A stretch of 32,000 nt of DNA, from positions 1,470,001 to 1,502,000 of the forward strand of contig OZ252279.1 of NCBI GenBank assembly GCA_965250005.1, in the 5' to 3' direction. Position numbers and translations under genes: made by a program. Shown piece after piece: positions 10,401 through 18,730 of the stretch. Within the stretch, counting starts at the first letter, position 1. Each line of letters opens with the position of its first letter. The DNA is from Demequinaceae bacterium. Its GTDB lineage: Bacteria; Actinomycetota; Actinomycetes; Actinomycetales; Demequinaceae. Under the pieces are notes generated by a model that was not told the DNA's origin, did no database searches, and saw only the letters and a program-made list of their open reading frames with translations.

Positions 10401-13400
10401 ACAGTCGAACTGACACGTATCAGTGACGGCACAACAGTTGAAGACCTTGCAGACCTGTCTGGCATGCTTGCCGCAACTTCGACGGTGCGCCGCGAAGTTG
10501 ATGGCCAAACGGTCACCGATACGCTCGCAACAGCCTCACACAGTGACTACACAATTGAGCGGGCTGTCGCACTCGATGTGCGTGAAGTAGACCTCAATCT
10601 TGGGGTCGGTGCAGAACTGATCGAAGTTGGTGACGCAAACAACGACGGCAACGCGGACCTACTTGCCTGGCTTGCCGACAAGTCGTTGGTTCTGTATTAC
10701 GGTGACGGCAACGGTGGCGTGACCGACGTTGACGGCACCGTTGTGTCTGCCGCATGGAGCACAACGGCAGACAAAATTATTGCACCCGGATCGTGGGATT
10801 CAACCGTCGACGATTATGTAGACCTCATCGAAGTCAAAGACGGATATTTGCGACTACATCGCGGTGCTGGCGATGGCACATGGGCGTCAACGAGCACCCA
10901 GATCGGTAGCGGTTGGGGCAGCTTCTTGGACATTTTGGTGCCAGGTGACTGGAGTGGCGACAGCAAACCTGACATCCTGCCCATTCAAACGGACAGCGAC
11001 CTTCGGTTGTATACCGGCAACGGCACCGCCACATCCCCCACAACAGTCGGCGTCATTGCCCAAATAGTTGATGAAGACTACATGCGTTTTGGCGACTTCG
11101 ACGGCGACGGCAAAACTGATGCCGCACACCACTACGACACCGACTGGCATGCATCATATTCTGGGACCGGCGACTGGATATTCCTTGGTGGCTCGCAATA
11201 TGGGGCCGATCAGGTCCGTTTCGATGGCGACTTCGACGGCAACGGCACAACCGATATGGCAATGCACACGTCGAGCGGGTGGCGTGTGCAATGGGACTCC
11301 AACAGTTCCTGGGAATACATCAACGACAGCACCATTACCGCAAATCTGTGGTTCGTGGATGTTGGCGTCAAAACTGCAGGCGACCCCACCGGTGTGGATG
11401 ACATCGTTTGGTTTACCGGAAGCAAATTTTCTGTGCGTTGGTCTGGCCAAGGAAACTGGGTAGACCTCAACACGTCCACATTGGGTTCCGACAAATCCTT
11501 TGCCGACATTGACGGCGACGGTGAAGCCGACATGATCAAACAAAACACGCTCGGCTGGCTAGTGTGGTGGTCCGGTAAAGGCCCCTACGAATACATCAAC
11601 ACTGACCTGAGTGCTGGCGACAATGTTATGTTCGGCGACTTTGATGGTGATGGCAGCGACGATTTGGTGCGCCGACGCAACGGCAACTGGGAATACAACT
11701 CTGCTTTGTTAGCTGACAGTGCCGCCGAATGGACCCACCTCATAGCCGAAGGTGGCACCAGCGGTGAAGGTGGTGTCTACGACTACGACGACTTCCATTA
11801 CGACGTTTGGGATTTTGATGGCAACGGCACATCAGATCTTGTCCGCTCCGGTGACGGCGGCTGGATGGTCCTATACGACGGCACAGGCAACTGGCAACAA
11901 ATCGCAGCCTCCCAATGGGCCCAATACGACACTTTTGTTGACGGCGGCGACTACAACGGTGACAGCATTGCAGACATTATTGCCATCTCCGCCATCGGCA
12001 ACGTCGATGTTCTCTACGGTGAAGGCGACAACGGTCCACCCGCCAACGCCCAAAAAACTGTCATAACCAACATTGGCGACGCCCAACAACTCGTCGCACC
12101 CGGAGACTGGAACGGCGACAACGTACCCGACCTACTCCTACTTGAAGCCGACGGAACACTCATGCTTCACGGCGGCACCCCCCACACCACCAGCGGTGAC
12201 GGCTCCTACTACAGCCAAACCATCCACTCCGAAACGTCATGGTCGATGGTCACCGAACCAGGACTTACCGTGCCGTGGGTGAAAACCTCAACCTCGACCA
12301 CCGCGTTTGACGGCCAAAACCTGCCCATCACATCCGAATCAACCGTGATCGAAACAGTCGACGGCATCCAAACAGCAGGCTCACCGTTCACATCCTGCAC
12401 GGCCATGGAACATTTGTGGCGTGTTGACGACGACGCCGCTACGGGAGATACCAACATCGGATGGGATGCTGTAGACGGCTGGGGTGGAGACATCTACCTG
12501 TCAGCAACATGGCGCACCCGCACACATGAAGGCGCCTGTGACGACTCGCAGAAGATCCTGACCGGTGTTTCAGAAACCTATTTTGATGGCGCCACCTGGG
12601 ATGACAACGAACCCCAAGACCTGTTAACACGAGGTTTAGTAACAACAGAAATTGCGTACCCCATCTATGAAGGCGCCACCGCTGCCGCCAAACGTGGCAA
12701 CGCCGCAATCTCCGTCGCAGAATATGATGCCCGCGGCCGTATCGCGAAAGCATGGATGCCCAACGACGTCTCCTTGAACGCCACCACCGGAGCACTAGAA
12801 ACCAACAACAGCTTCACCACATGGACATACGGTGCGTTCGCCACGTCGGGTGACCACGCAGGCTTGGCGGAATTGACGGTAGGCACCACCGTTGAGTGGG
12901 CTGAAGGTGTGCCGACAACGTATTCGACGTCGCAATGGGTGGAGCCCACGCGCGGTAGTGGGGTGAAGTCCATTGACCTCAACGAGCACTACACGCATTA
13001 CCGATTCGACCCGTTCGGCCTGCTTGAGGCGGGTTACGCGTCCACGACGTGGGATGGCGCCACGGCTCCGTGGTTGGAGTCCAGTTATGTGATTCCGACG
13101 GCGTCGTTTGAGTACGACGTGTACGCCCCTGGTGTGGGCGTGCGTTCCACACCCGTGACAGTCACCTCTGCCCAGCATGCAGGCTACGACGCGGCCGCCA
13201 ATGCCGGTGCAGGCCAATGGGTCTGCCAAGAAGCCGCCTGCTTTGTCAACCGTTCCCACATGTTCCTCGATGGATGGGGGCGTGCCGTCGAACAGCACCG
13301 TGTTGCACCAGACGGATCCGGTGGACGGCTAGTCTCCGCGACCAGGTACAACAAACTCGGGCACATCGAGTTTGTTGCCTCAACGTTCTGGAACGAAGAC

Positions 13401-16400
13401 GCCGCACAACTATCAAACGGAAAAGTCGACCCCGTCCTAGGTCAACTAGACCAGTTTGCGACCACAACGGTGGATTGGGCTGGCAGGGCCACCACACAAT
13501 CGACATGGTACCGAGACCCAACACTAGGCTTGTTGGAAACAAAAACAGAAACAACACGTATCGGCAATGTCACCGAAGTCACGGCAGCCTCCGGGGCCGT
13601 TACGGAAACCACCAACGACATTTTGGGTCGGCTCACAAAGCAGGTGCAGTTCGCTGAGGGCGGTGCAGATCCATTTACTACCGGATACGCGTACGAGACG
13701 TTGCCCGATGGCGGCAGCAAAGTCACAGTCACGGACCCAGACAATAATGACACCGTGTTTGAGTCGAACCTGAGTGGTCAACGCACAACCATGACGGATC
13801 CGAACTCAGGCCTGTCGACCTACACGTACGACCTGAACGGGCAAACCACATCGGTGGACTCTGAGGCTGGGTTGATCACGATGGTCTATGACGCACTCGG
13901 TCGCATGACAGATCGCACCACACTTGAGCCGGACGACACCACCGTGTCTTCGTCTGCGGCATGGGAGTTCGAAAACGAACTCGACGTTGCCGCCCCCACG
14001 GGTGCACTGAAATCGTCCACAGTTACCACGGTCATTGATGCCACGACCACTTTTGTGACGGTGCAAGCCACCGACACGTGGGACACGTTGGGGCGGCCCA
14101 CATCCACCACAACACATCTTCCGCAAGACACGGCTTCTACCGGTCCGGCATATGTGACGGACGCCTCCAGTTTGGGTGAACTTGCTGGAATCAATTACAC
14201 GCGCACCGTCGCCTATGACGAGTTGTCTCGTCCCACGGTGACATTGCCTGCCATTGCAGGCCTGCCGAAACAAACCGTTTTGACTCGGTTTAACCGGTTC
14301 GGAACACCAGTGACATTGGATGTGCTGGACAACCCCGGTGCGTCTCAAACGGTGACACCGATTGTGACGGGTATCGAGCTGGATGAGTTGGGTCGGTTGA
14401 CGTCGCGGTCCTATGCAAACACCGTGGACAGGTTGATTCAGTACGACGCCCAGTGGGGTGCACCGGAACGTATCGCCGCAGTGTTTGATCCCGGTACAGG
14501 TGACATCGCAATCCAAGATGACGTGTTTACACGGGACGATGTGGGCCGTGTGACGTCCATTCAAGACGATTCAACATATGAATCGGCAAGCCCACATGAA
14601 GCCCAGTGTTTCGTCTATGACGATCACAACCGGCTCGAAAATGCGTGGACTGAAGCTACAGATGATTTCACGGGCACGTGTGACGCTTTCCCGACGTTGC
14701 CGACCACTCAGACTGAGTGGGATGCGAGTGCATGGGCTGCGTCTGCTGGACCGTACGCAACCACCTGGGAGTATTCAGATTCGGGTCGGATTGAGTCCAT
14801 CACGAACCTCATCGAGGATGGCCTGGCGGGTTCCACAGAATCGGTGCAAGCCTTCGTGTACGACACAGATCCGGCTGATGCTGAACTGGGGCCCCTGGAC
14901 TTGCCGCATGCGGTCTCCGGTGTCGACAACGATGGCGACAGCACTGTCGATGACACATTCGAATACGACACCGCTGGACGTCAAACGGTTCGCACCGTCG
15001 ATGGGGTTACCTCCACGTTGACGTGGGATGTGTCATCCAACCTCGTCAAAGCCGTCGTCGATGACGGCACCAATGAGGCCACCTGGGTGTATGTGTATGA
15101 CGCATCCGGGCAGCGCGTCACAAAGATTCAGCTCGATGGATCGACCCCGATAGATGCGACCGCATATTTCGGTGAAACTGAAGTCACCGACACTGACACC
15201 AGCACTGATGGTGCATCAGACGTGACCGCGGTGCGGTATTACCAGTTTGGTGTCGCCGCCGTCGCACTCGAGCAGTCTGTTGAACACCCCACCACCCCCA
15301 CCGTTGAGTTGTTCTATTTGTTTGGTGACTTCCAAGGTTCAGCTCAGGTGATGATGTCTGATGCTAGAGACGTCAATGGTGACGCCGACCCAGCAAACGC
15401 GATGATTCTACGCAACGCCTACACCCCCTATGGGGCACAACGTTCGATAGATGTTGACGTAGACACCAACCCCGACCCAAACCTGCCTACCGAACGTGGC
15501 TGGCTATCCCAAGTTACCGACGAAGCCACCGACACGGCAGGCACGTTAGGCACCGGGCTGACCTATTTGAACGCCCGCTACTACGACCCGGTAACAGCAC
15601 GCTTCCTCACCCCAGACCCACTCATGAACCTTGCAGACCCGCGCACGTTGGACCCATACATGTATGCGGCGGACAACCCGGTCCTCTTCCAGGACGCTTC
15701 AGGCCTGTGTTACGAGTTTGCGGGATCGGAGAGGGCCGCATGCGAAGTGGCGAAGACGGCCGCGATTCGACCCGACCTTGGCGGCACCGATGGAGGCAGT
15801 TCAACGCAGCCTCCGGAAGATCTGGAGTCCGCCTGTTTCACGAACTCTTGGTTCGAAGAATGCAGACACGATACTTCTTCGGACGAATTCTACGAGGGAA
15901 TCGGATTCGGCGAGGGAGCATCAATTGCCGGGTGGGGTGCAGCCAACTTCTTTGTCGGTATCGCGAACGGGCTATTGTTTCCCATCAACGCCGGAAAATG
16001 TGGTTGGGACGCCCGAAGCCTAAACGTCGTCGACGCATATATCATCTGTGGACTGGGAGCCTCCTCCAACAACTCGTACTTCCCAGATGGCTGGTACTTC
16101 AACTCTGTAGGAGGCAACCCCGCCCTCTACGACCCATCGATGCACGTCGGGACAGATTTCGTCTACAACGCACCGCTACTTTTCATAGGTGGTGGAGTCG
16201 CCGCGGGGGGAAGAGGATTGGCGGCCACTGCAAGTGGGTCGCGTGGGGCTGCAGTTGCCGCACCTCGGGTCACATTCGGCCACGGGGCTCGGCACTTGGA
16301 AGGGACAGGACTGTCTGTCGCGGAAGTTGAATCCGCGATCCTGCCTCGGGTCTCCGCAGCGGTGACGGAGTCCACGACTGGGACCGCGGGCGGCTCGTTC

Positions 16401-16496
16401 TGGGGTCGTGTCGTAGTCGATGGAACTACAATTGAATACCGTGCGTATCCACTCGCTGACGGCACGATCAACGTTGGGACCTACTATGTGCCTTGA
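7440..16496 (+). CDS. Full-length secreted Rhs/YD-repeat polymorphic toxin
   Basis: Signal peptide MGRVRLGLVAVFVAAALVVSGTPAWT from ATG 7440; SpvB/TcdB-like FTYSLPIEVPPAQAGAAPNVSLSYSSAGADAKTES; FG-GAP/VCBS-like repeats; many YD repeats (YDALGRMTDR, YDELSRPT); Rhs core end LTYLNARYYDPVTARFLTPDPL...DPYMYAADNPVLFQDASG followed by a variable tip. Confidence 0.92.
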   Translation: MGRVRLGLVAVFVAAALVVSGTPAWTVDLSPSPDSTATPSVEPSPEPSATPNPEPSPEPSPEPSPEPSVEPSASVNDFVWSDPDPVDSVEGNPGGVPRDVGLGRLPSFGAEQSSGVEHRVFDFDVMSGTDFEVAVAEGTSGVDGSVVVAVGAVPLDDVIRRVYGSSGLYFPGELRGRPDLVAASRPSADVGEHVIVEQRPGADASIPGAAFTLSVDVGGLNEDARWVDVAVNMSLVEHLFGANYVDRLQFVLLPECALTSRKNRDCFAGLPLESSRNGLTGVTTIAAPANARTLADVDGFNSRPVSVDVIHSGDLAAEFAASQGLKFAGTGGGTIIVAVSGASGQAGDFSATDLAAQGTWGVSEQSGAFTYSLPIEVPPAQAGAAPNVSLSYSSAGADAKTESTNGQTSVLGEGWANPTNFIERLYLPCNADEYGTNLLDKCWHSPYTSVPGEAAYTVSLNGATYDLIWDGGNRYRTSTEIGWRVTRHWGANNGDGGEADSDDEGEYFLVQVPDGSRYYFGYGHVGVSGSPTNSVATVPVFGDDTGEPRCGTDANDECVQGYRWMLDISVDASNNASTYTYTRDTNHYALKGDVNRITEYTAAIRLDDIKYGLVWGGLDVGVGTQQADAKVQYVYVERCVQAANYLGTLATTPAVNCPDMDEDNAHFYPDVPIDLLCDAATGSNPCAATHNSPVFFTTERLDQITTSVRDWADVDTNSDWVPVATTQLLAGYPMTGDGSARNLWLDGVYTKAWGEFGNVDDDLQTYVIKFDPIQLNNRVDFIPGDDDRRAVDRLRIERVRTEFGGHIEVEYARDIDGVGDADPDDPYGLTVCEADGFVNEAAIDTYYDTVFANGWDENSQLCSPSSNADDAPTFHKYMVTEVRLVDAVAPVPVDADEDGDFEEATSSDFFDYLTTVNRYDYIGEPAWAYADSIMSERGQGGQTWNVFRGYEIVESWVGENLTDYAVTRNQYYRGTSGGYLENGTLASTVELTRISDGTTVEDLADLSGMLAATSTVRREVDGQTVTDTLATASHSDYTIERAVALDVREVDLNLGVGAELIEVGDANNDGNADLLAWLADKSLVLYYGDGNGGVTDVDGTVVSAAWSTTADKIIAPGSWDSTVDDYVDLIEVKDGYLRLHRGAGDGTWASTSTQIGSGWGSFLDILVPGDWSGDSKPDILPIQTDSDLRLYTGNGTATSPTTVGVIAQIVDEDYMRFGDFDGDGKTDAAHHYDTDWHASYSGTGDWIFLGGSQYGADQVRFDGDFDGNGTTDMAMHTSSGWRVQWDSNSSWEYINDSTITANLWFVDVGVKTAGDPTGVDDIVWFTGSKFSVRWSGQGNWVDLNTSTLGSDKSFADIDGDGEADMIKQNTLGWLVWWSGKGPYEYINTDLSAGDNVMFGDFDGDGSDDLVRRRNGNWEYNSALLADSAAEWTHLIAEGGTSGEGGVYDYDDFHYDVWDFDGNGTSDLVRSGDGGWMVLYDGTGNWQQIAASQWAQYDTFVDGGDYNGDSIADIIAISAIGNVDVLYGEGDNGPPANAQKTVITNIGDAQQLVAPGDWNGDNVPDLLLLEADGTLMLHGGTPHTTSGDGSYYSQTIHSETSWSMVTEPGLTVPWVKTSTSTTAFDGQNLPITSESTVIETVDGIQTAGSPFTSCTAMEHLWRVDDDAATGDTNIGWDAVDGWGGDIYLSATWRTRTHEGACDDSQKILTGVSETYFDGATWDDNEPQDLLTRGLVTTEIAYPIYEGATAAAKRGNAAISVAEYDARGRIAKAWMPNDVSLNATTGALETNNSFTTWTYGAFATSGDHAGLAELTVGTTVEWAEGVPTTYSTSQWVEPTRGSGVKSIDLNEHYTHYRFDPFGLLEAGYASTTWDGATAPWLESSYVIPTASFEYDVYAPGVGVRSTPVTVTSAQHAGYDAAANAGAGQWVCQEAACFVNRSHMFLDGWGRAVEQHRVAPDGSGGRLVSATRYNKLGHIEFVASTFWNEDAAQLSNGKVDPVLGQLDQFATTTVDWAGRATTQSTWYRDPTLGLLETKTETTRIGNVTEVTAASGAVTETTNDILGRLTKQVQFAEGGADPFTTGYAYETLPDGGSKVTVTDPDNNDTVFESNLSGQRTTMTDPNSGLSTYTYDLNGQTTSVDSEAGLITMVYDALGRMTDRTTLEPDDTTVSSSAAWEFENELDVAAPTGALKSSTVTTVIDATTTFVTVQATDTWDTLGRPTSTTTHLPQDTASTGPAYVTDASSLGELAGINYTRTVAYDELSRPTVTLPAIAGLPKQTVLTRFNRFGTPVTLDVLDNPGASQTVTPIVTGIELDELGRLTSRSYANTVDRLIQYDAQWGAPERIAAVFDPGTGDIAIQDDVFTRDDVGRVTSIQDDSTYESASPHEAQCFVYDDHNRLENAWTEATDDFTGTCDAFPTLPTTQTEWDASAWAASAGPYATTWEYSDSGRIESITNLIEDGLAGSTESVQAFVYDTDPADAELGPLDLPHAVSGVDNDGDSTVDDTFEYDTAGRQTVRTVDGVTSTLTWDVSSNLVKAVVDDGTNEATWVYVYDASGQRVTKIQLDGSTPIDATAYFGETEVTDTDTSTDGASDVTAVRYYQFGVAAVALEQSVEHPTTPTVELFYLFGDFQGSAQVMMSDARDVNGDADPANAMILRNAYTPYGAQRSIDVDVDTNPDPNLPTERGWLSQVTDEATDTAGTLGTGLTYLNARYYDPVTARFLTPDPLMNLADPRTLDPYMYAADNPVLFQDASGLCYEFAGSERAACEVAKTAAIRPDLGGTDGGSSTQPPEDLESACFTNSWFEECRHDTSSDEFYEGIGFGEGASIAGWGAANFFVGIANGLLFPINAGKCGWDARSLNVVDAYIICGLGASSNNSYFPDGWYFNSVGGNPALYDPSMHVGTDFVYNAPLLFIGGGVAAGGRGLAATASGSRGAAVAAPRVTFGHGARHLEGTGLSVAEVESAILPRVSAAVTESTTGTAGGSFWGRVVVDGTTIEYRAYPLADGTINVGTYYVP
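7528..7650 (+). repeat. Pro/Glu/Ser low-complexity repeat coding for a linker
   Basis: Encodes SPSPDSTATPSVEPSPEPSATPNPEPSPEPSPEPSPEPSVEPSAS just after the signal peptide; tandem 'ccgagcccagaa' units. Confidence 0.85.
10600..12195 (+). other. FG-GAP/VCBS-like tandem repeats within the Rhs protein
   Basis: Roughly 10-11 Asp-rich units, e.g. GDFDGDGKTDAAHHYD, GDFDGNGTTDMAM, ADIDGDGEADMIK, GDFDGDGSDDLVRR, WDFDGNGTSDLVRSG, GDWNGDNVPDLLLLEADG. Confidence 0.8.
15703..16496 (+). other. Variable C-terminal tip 1 of the active Rhs protein (putative toxin domain at the extreme C-terminus)
   Basis: Begins after ...FQDASG, where homology to orphan cores ends. C-terminal VTFGHGARHLEGTGLSVAEVESAI...GGSFWGRVVVDGTTIEYRAYPLADGTINVGTYYVP looks like a small RNase-type effector domain. 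Confidence 0.6.
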
Positions 16497-16854
16497 CCGC
16501 AACGCTGGAGGACTTCGTGCCCCGACGAACGACGAGCGAGAACTGATCGCCCGGCTACTCGCCGCCGACTTCGCGGGGGCTCCTGAACTTCGACTTCAAC
16601 TGAGCACAACTCTCGTAGACTCCATCGACGACGACGGGAGCCTCGGTCTCAACCCGGAAGGCGCATCGCTAGCTGAAGTAGATCATCGGATACCCGTCGA
16701 GGCGACTTACCCCGATGCGGACGGCATGACCGTTCATGTCTTGATCCACGTGATTGACGGGCTCCTCGATGAGCTTGAGGTTTACCGAGAGGACTCCCTC
16801 CCCGTGTTGAGACCCGCAGCCGGTGCTCTCGATCTGGCGGTGGACCCGCGGTAA
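16486..16854 (+). CDS. Putative cognate immunity protein 1 (DUF6984-like)
   Basis: ATG at 16486 overlaps the toxin 3' end by 11 bp; NDERELIARLLAADFAGAPELRLQL...DGSLGLNP...YPDADGMTVHVLIHVIDGLLDELEVYREDSLPVLRP. Confidence 0.6.
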   Translation: MCLDRNAGGLRAPTNDERELIARLLAADFAGAPELRLQLSTTLVDSIDDDGSLGLNPEGASLAEVDHRIPVEATYPDADGMTVHVLIHVIDGLLDELEVYREDSLPVLRPAAGALDLAVDPR

Positions 16855-17504
16855 GAGTGACGGTGCTCCTGGTCGCGATCCCCGCACGGGTTCACGGTCT
16901 TTGAGTCGAACATTGCCGGGCAGCGTACCAAGTTGACGGACCCAAACTCAGGCCTGTCGACCTACACGTATGACTTGAACGGTCAGACTTTGTCTGTGGA
17001 TTCCGAGACGGGTCTCATCACGATGGCCTACGACGCACTCGGTCGCATGACAGATCGCACCACACTTGAGCCGGACGACACCACCGTGTCTTCGTCTGCG
17101 GCATGGGAATTCGAAAACGAACTCGACGTTGCCGCCCCCACGGGTGCACTGAAATCGTCCACAGCTACCACGGTCATTGATGCCACGACCACTTTTGTGA
17201 CTGTGCAAGCCACCGACACGTGGGACACGTTGGGGCGGCCCACAGCCACCACAACCCATCTTCCGCAAGACACGGTTTCTACAGATCCGGCATATGTGAC
17301 GGACGCGTCCAGTTTGGGTGAACTTGCTGGCACCGACTACACGCGCACCGTCACCTACGACGAGCTGTCTCGTCCCACGGTGACACTGCCTGCCATTGCA
17401 GGCCTGCCAGCACAAACCATTGTGAACGGTTACAACCGGTTCGGAACACCAGTGACTGAACCGCCCTGGGTTTTGTTCCGATCTCTATTTGAGAGGATCG
17501 GATC

Positions 17505-17822
17505 ATGCCAAAGAGATATCCAGAGGAGTTCAAGGCCCGCGCGGTCAGGCTCGTTGACGAAGCGGTCGGCGAGGCAGGTGCCAGCGAAACGGATGCCATG
17601 TCGAGGGTTGCTACCCGTTTGGGGGTGTCAACGGAGTCTGTTAGACGGTGGCGTCGCCAGGCTCGTGTTGATTCGGGCATCGAGCGGGGCGTGACGAGTG
17701 AGGAGTCGACGGAGATGCGGCGGCTACGTCGCGAGAACACTGAGTTGAGGCGTGCAAACGAAATATTGCGGACTGCGTCAGCGTTTTTTGCAGCGGAACT
17801 CGACCGCCCCACGACGAAATGA
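17505..17822 (+). CDS. IS3-family transposase OrfA
   Basis: MPKRYPEEFKARAVRLVDEAVGEAG...RLGVSTESVRRWRRQARVD...LRRANEILRTASAFFAAELDRP. Confidence 0.92.
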   Translation: MPKRYPEEFKARAVRLVDEAVGEAGASETDAMSRVATRLGVSTESVRRWRRQARVDSGIERGVTSEESTEMRRLRRENTELRRANEILRTASAFFAAELDRPTTK

Positions 17823-18730
17823 TTCGATACATCGATGAGTATCGGGATCAATTCGGGGTTGAGTTCATTTGTCGCACACTTGCTGCGACACCCGGTGGGT
17901 TCATTACCTCGCGCGGCTATCGGGCCGCGAAGTTTCGGCCTCGCTCCGACAGATCAATTCGGGACGAGCAGGTCGGTGAGGCCCTGACCCAAATTCATGC
18001 TGCTAACTATTCGGTTTACGGGGTGCGTAAAATGTATGCGGCGATGCGTAGGGCCGGCTGGGATGTGGGCCGCGACCAGGTGGCCCGCCTCATGCGCAAG
18101 AGCCATTTGCGTGGGGTTAGCCGTGGCAAGAGAGTCTTCACGACCGTTACGGACCCTGCCTCGATGCGACCAGCTGACTTAGTGGAGCGGCGCTTCACCG
18201 CTAGTGGTCCGCGTGAGCTTTGGGTCGCGGACATCACCTATGTGGCCACATGGAATGGCTTCGCCTACACCGCTTTCGTCACCGACGTCTTCAGTCGCAA
18301 AATCGTCGGCTGGGCAGTATCCAGTTCGTTAACTACCCAGTCGTTGCCGTTACAGGCACTCGAGATGGCTGCCTTCATCAACGACACTGGGGAAGGTCTC
18401 ATCCATCACAGCGATATGGGCACGCAATATGTGTCCCTGGCTTACTCCGACCGCCTCACCGACCTCGGCATCACCGCTTCTGTCGGATCCCGTGGAGACA
18501 GTTACGACAACGCCCTAGCCGAGTCCGTCAACGCCGCCTACAAAGCCGAACTGATTCGTGCTCGAAAGCCCTGGCGAACCATCGAGCAAGTCGAGTTCGC
18601 AACCCTGGAATGGGTCCACTGGTTCAACACCGCCCGACTCCACGAAAACCTCGGCCACCGAACCCCAGCAGAAATCGAAACCGAGCACTACGCTCAAACC
18701 CAGAGGGCATCAGCCCTCACAACCACCTAG
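17819..18730 (+). CDS. IS3-family transposase OrfB
   Basis: YGVRKMYAAMRRAGWDVGRDQVARLMR...LWVADITYVATWNGFAYTAFVTDVFSRKIVGW...HHSDMGTQYVS...SVGSRGDSYDNALAESVNAAYKAELI. Confidence 0.95.
   Translation: MIRYIDEYRDQFGVEFICRTLAATPGGFITSRGYRAAKFRPRSDRSIRDEQVGEALTQIHAANYSVYGVRKMYAAMRRAGWDVGRDQVARLMRKSHLRGVSRGKRVFTTVTDPASMRPADLVERRFTASGPRELWVADITYVATWNGFAYTAFVTDVFSRKIVGWAVSSSLTTQSLPLQALEMAAFINDTGEGLIHHSDMGTQYVSLAYSDRLTDLGITASVGSRGDSYDNALAESVNAAYKAELIRARKPWRTIEQVEFATLEWVHWFNTARLHENLGHRTPAEIETEHYAQTQRASALTTT

Noticed and set aside
12795-13298. Long minus-strand ORFs opposite the Rhs gene (also 9819-10265, 6800-8101, 7426-7998, 13806-14564)
   Set aside because: High-GC shadow ORFs antisense to a clearly coding YD/VCBS frame; low-complexity or Arg/His/Pro-rich translations without domain features.
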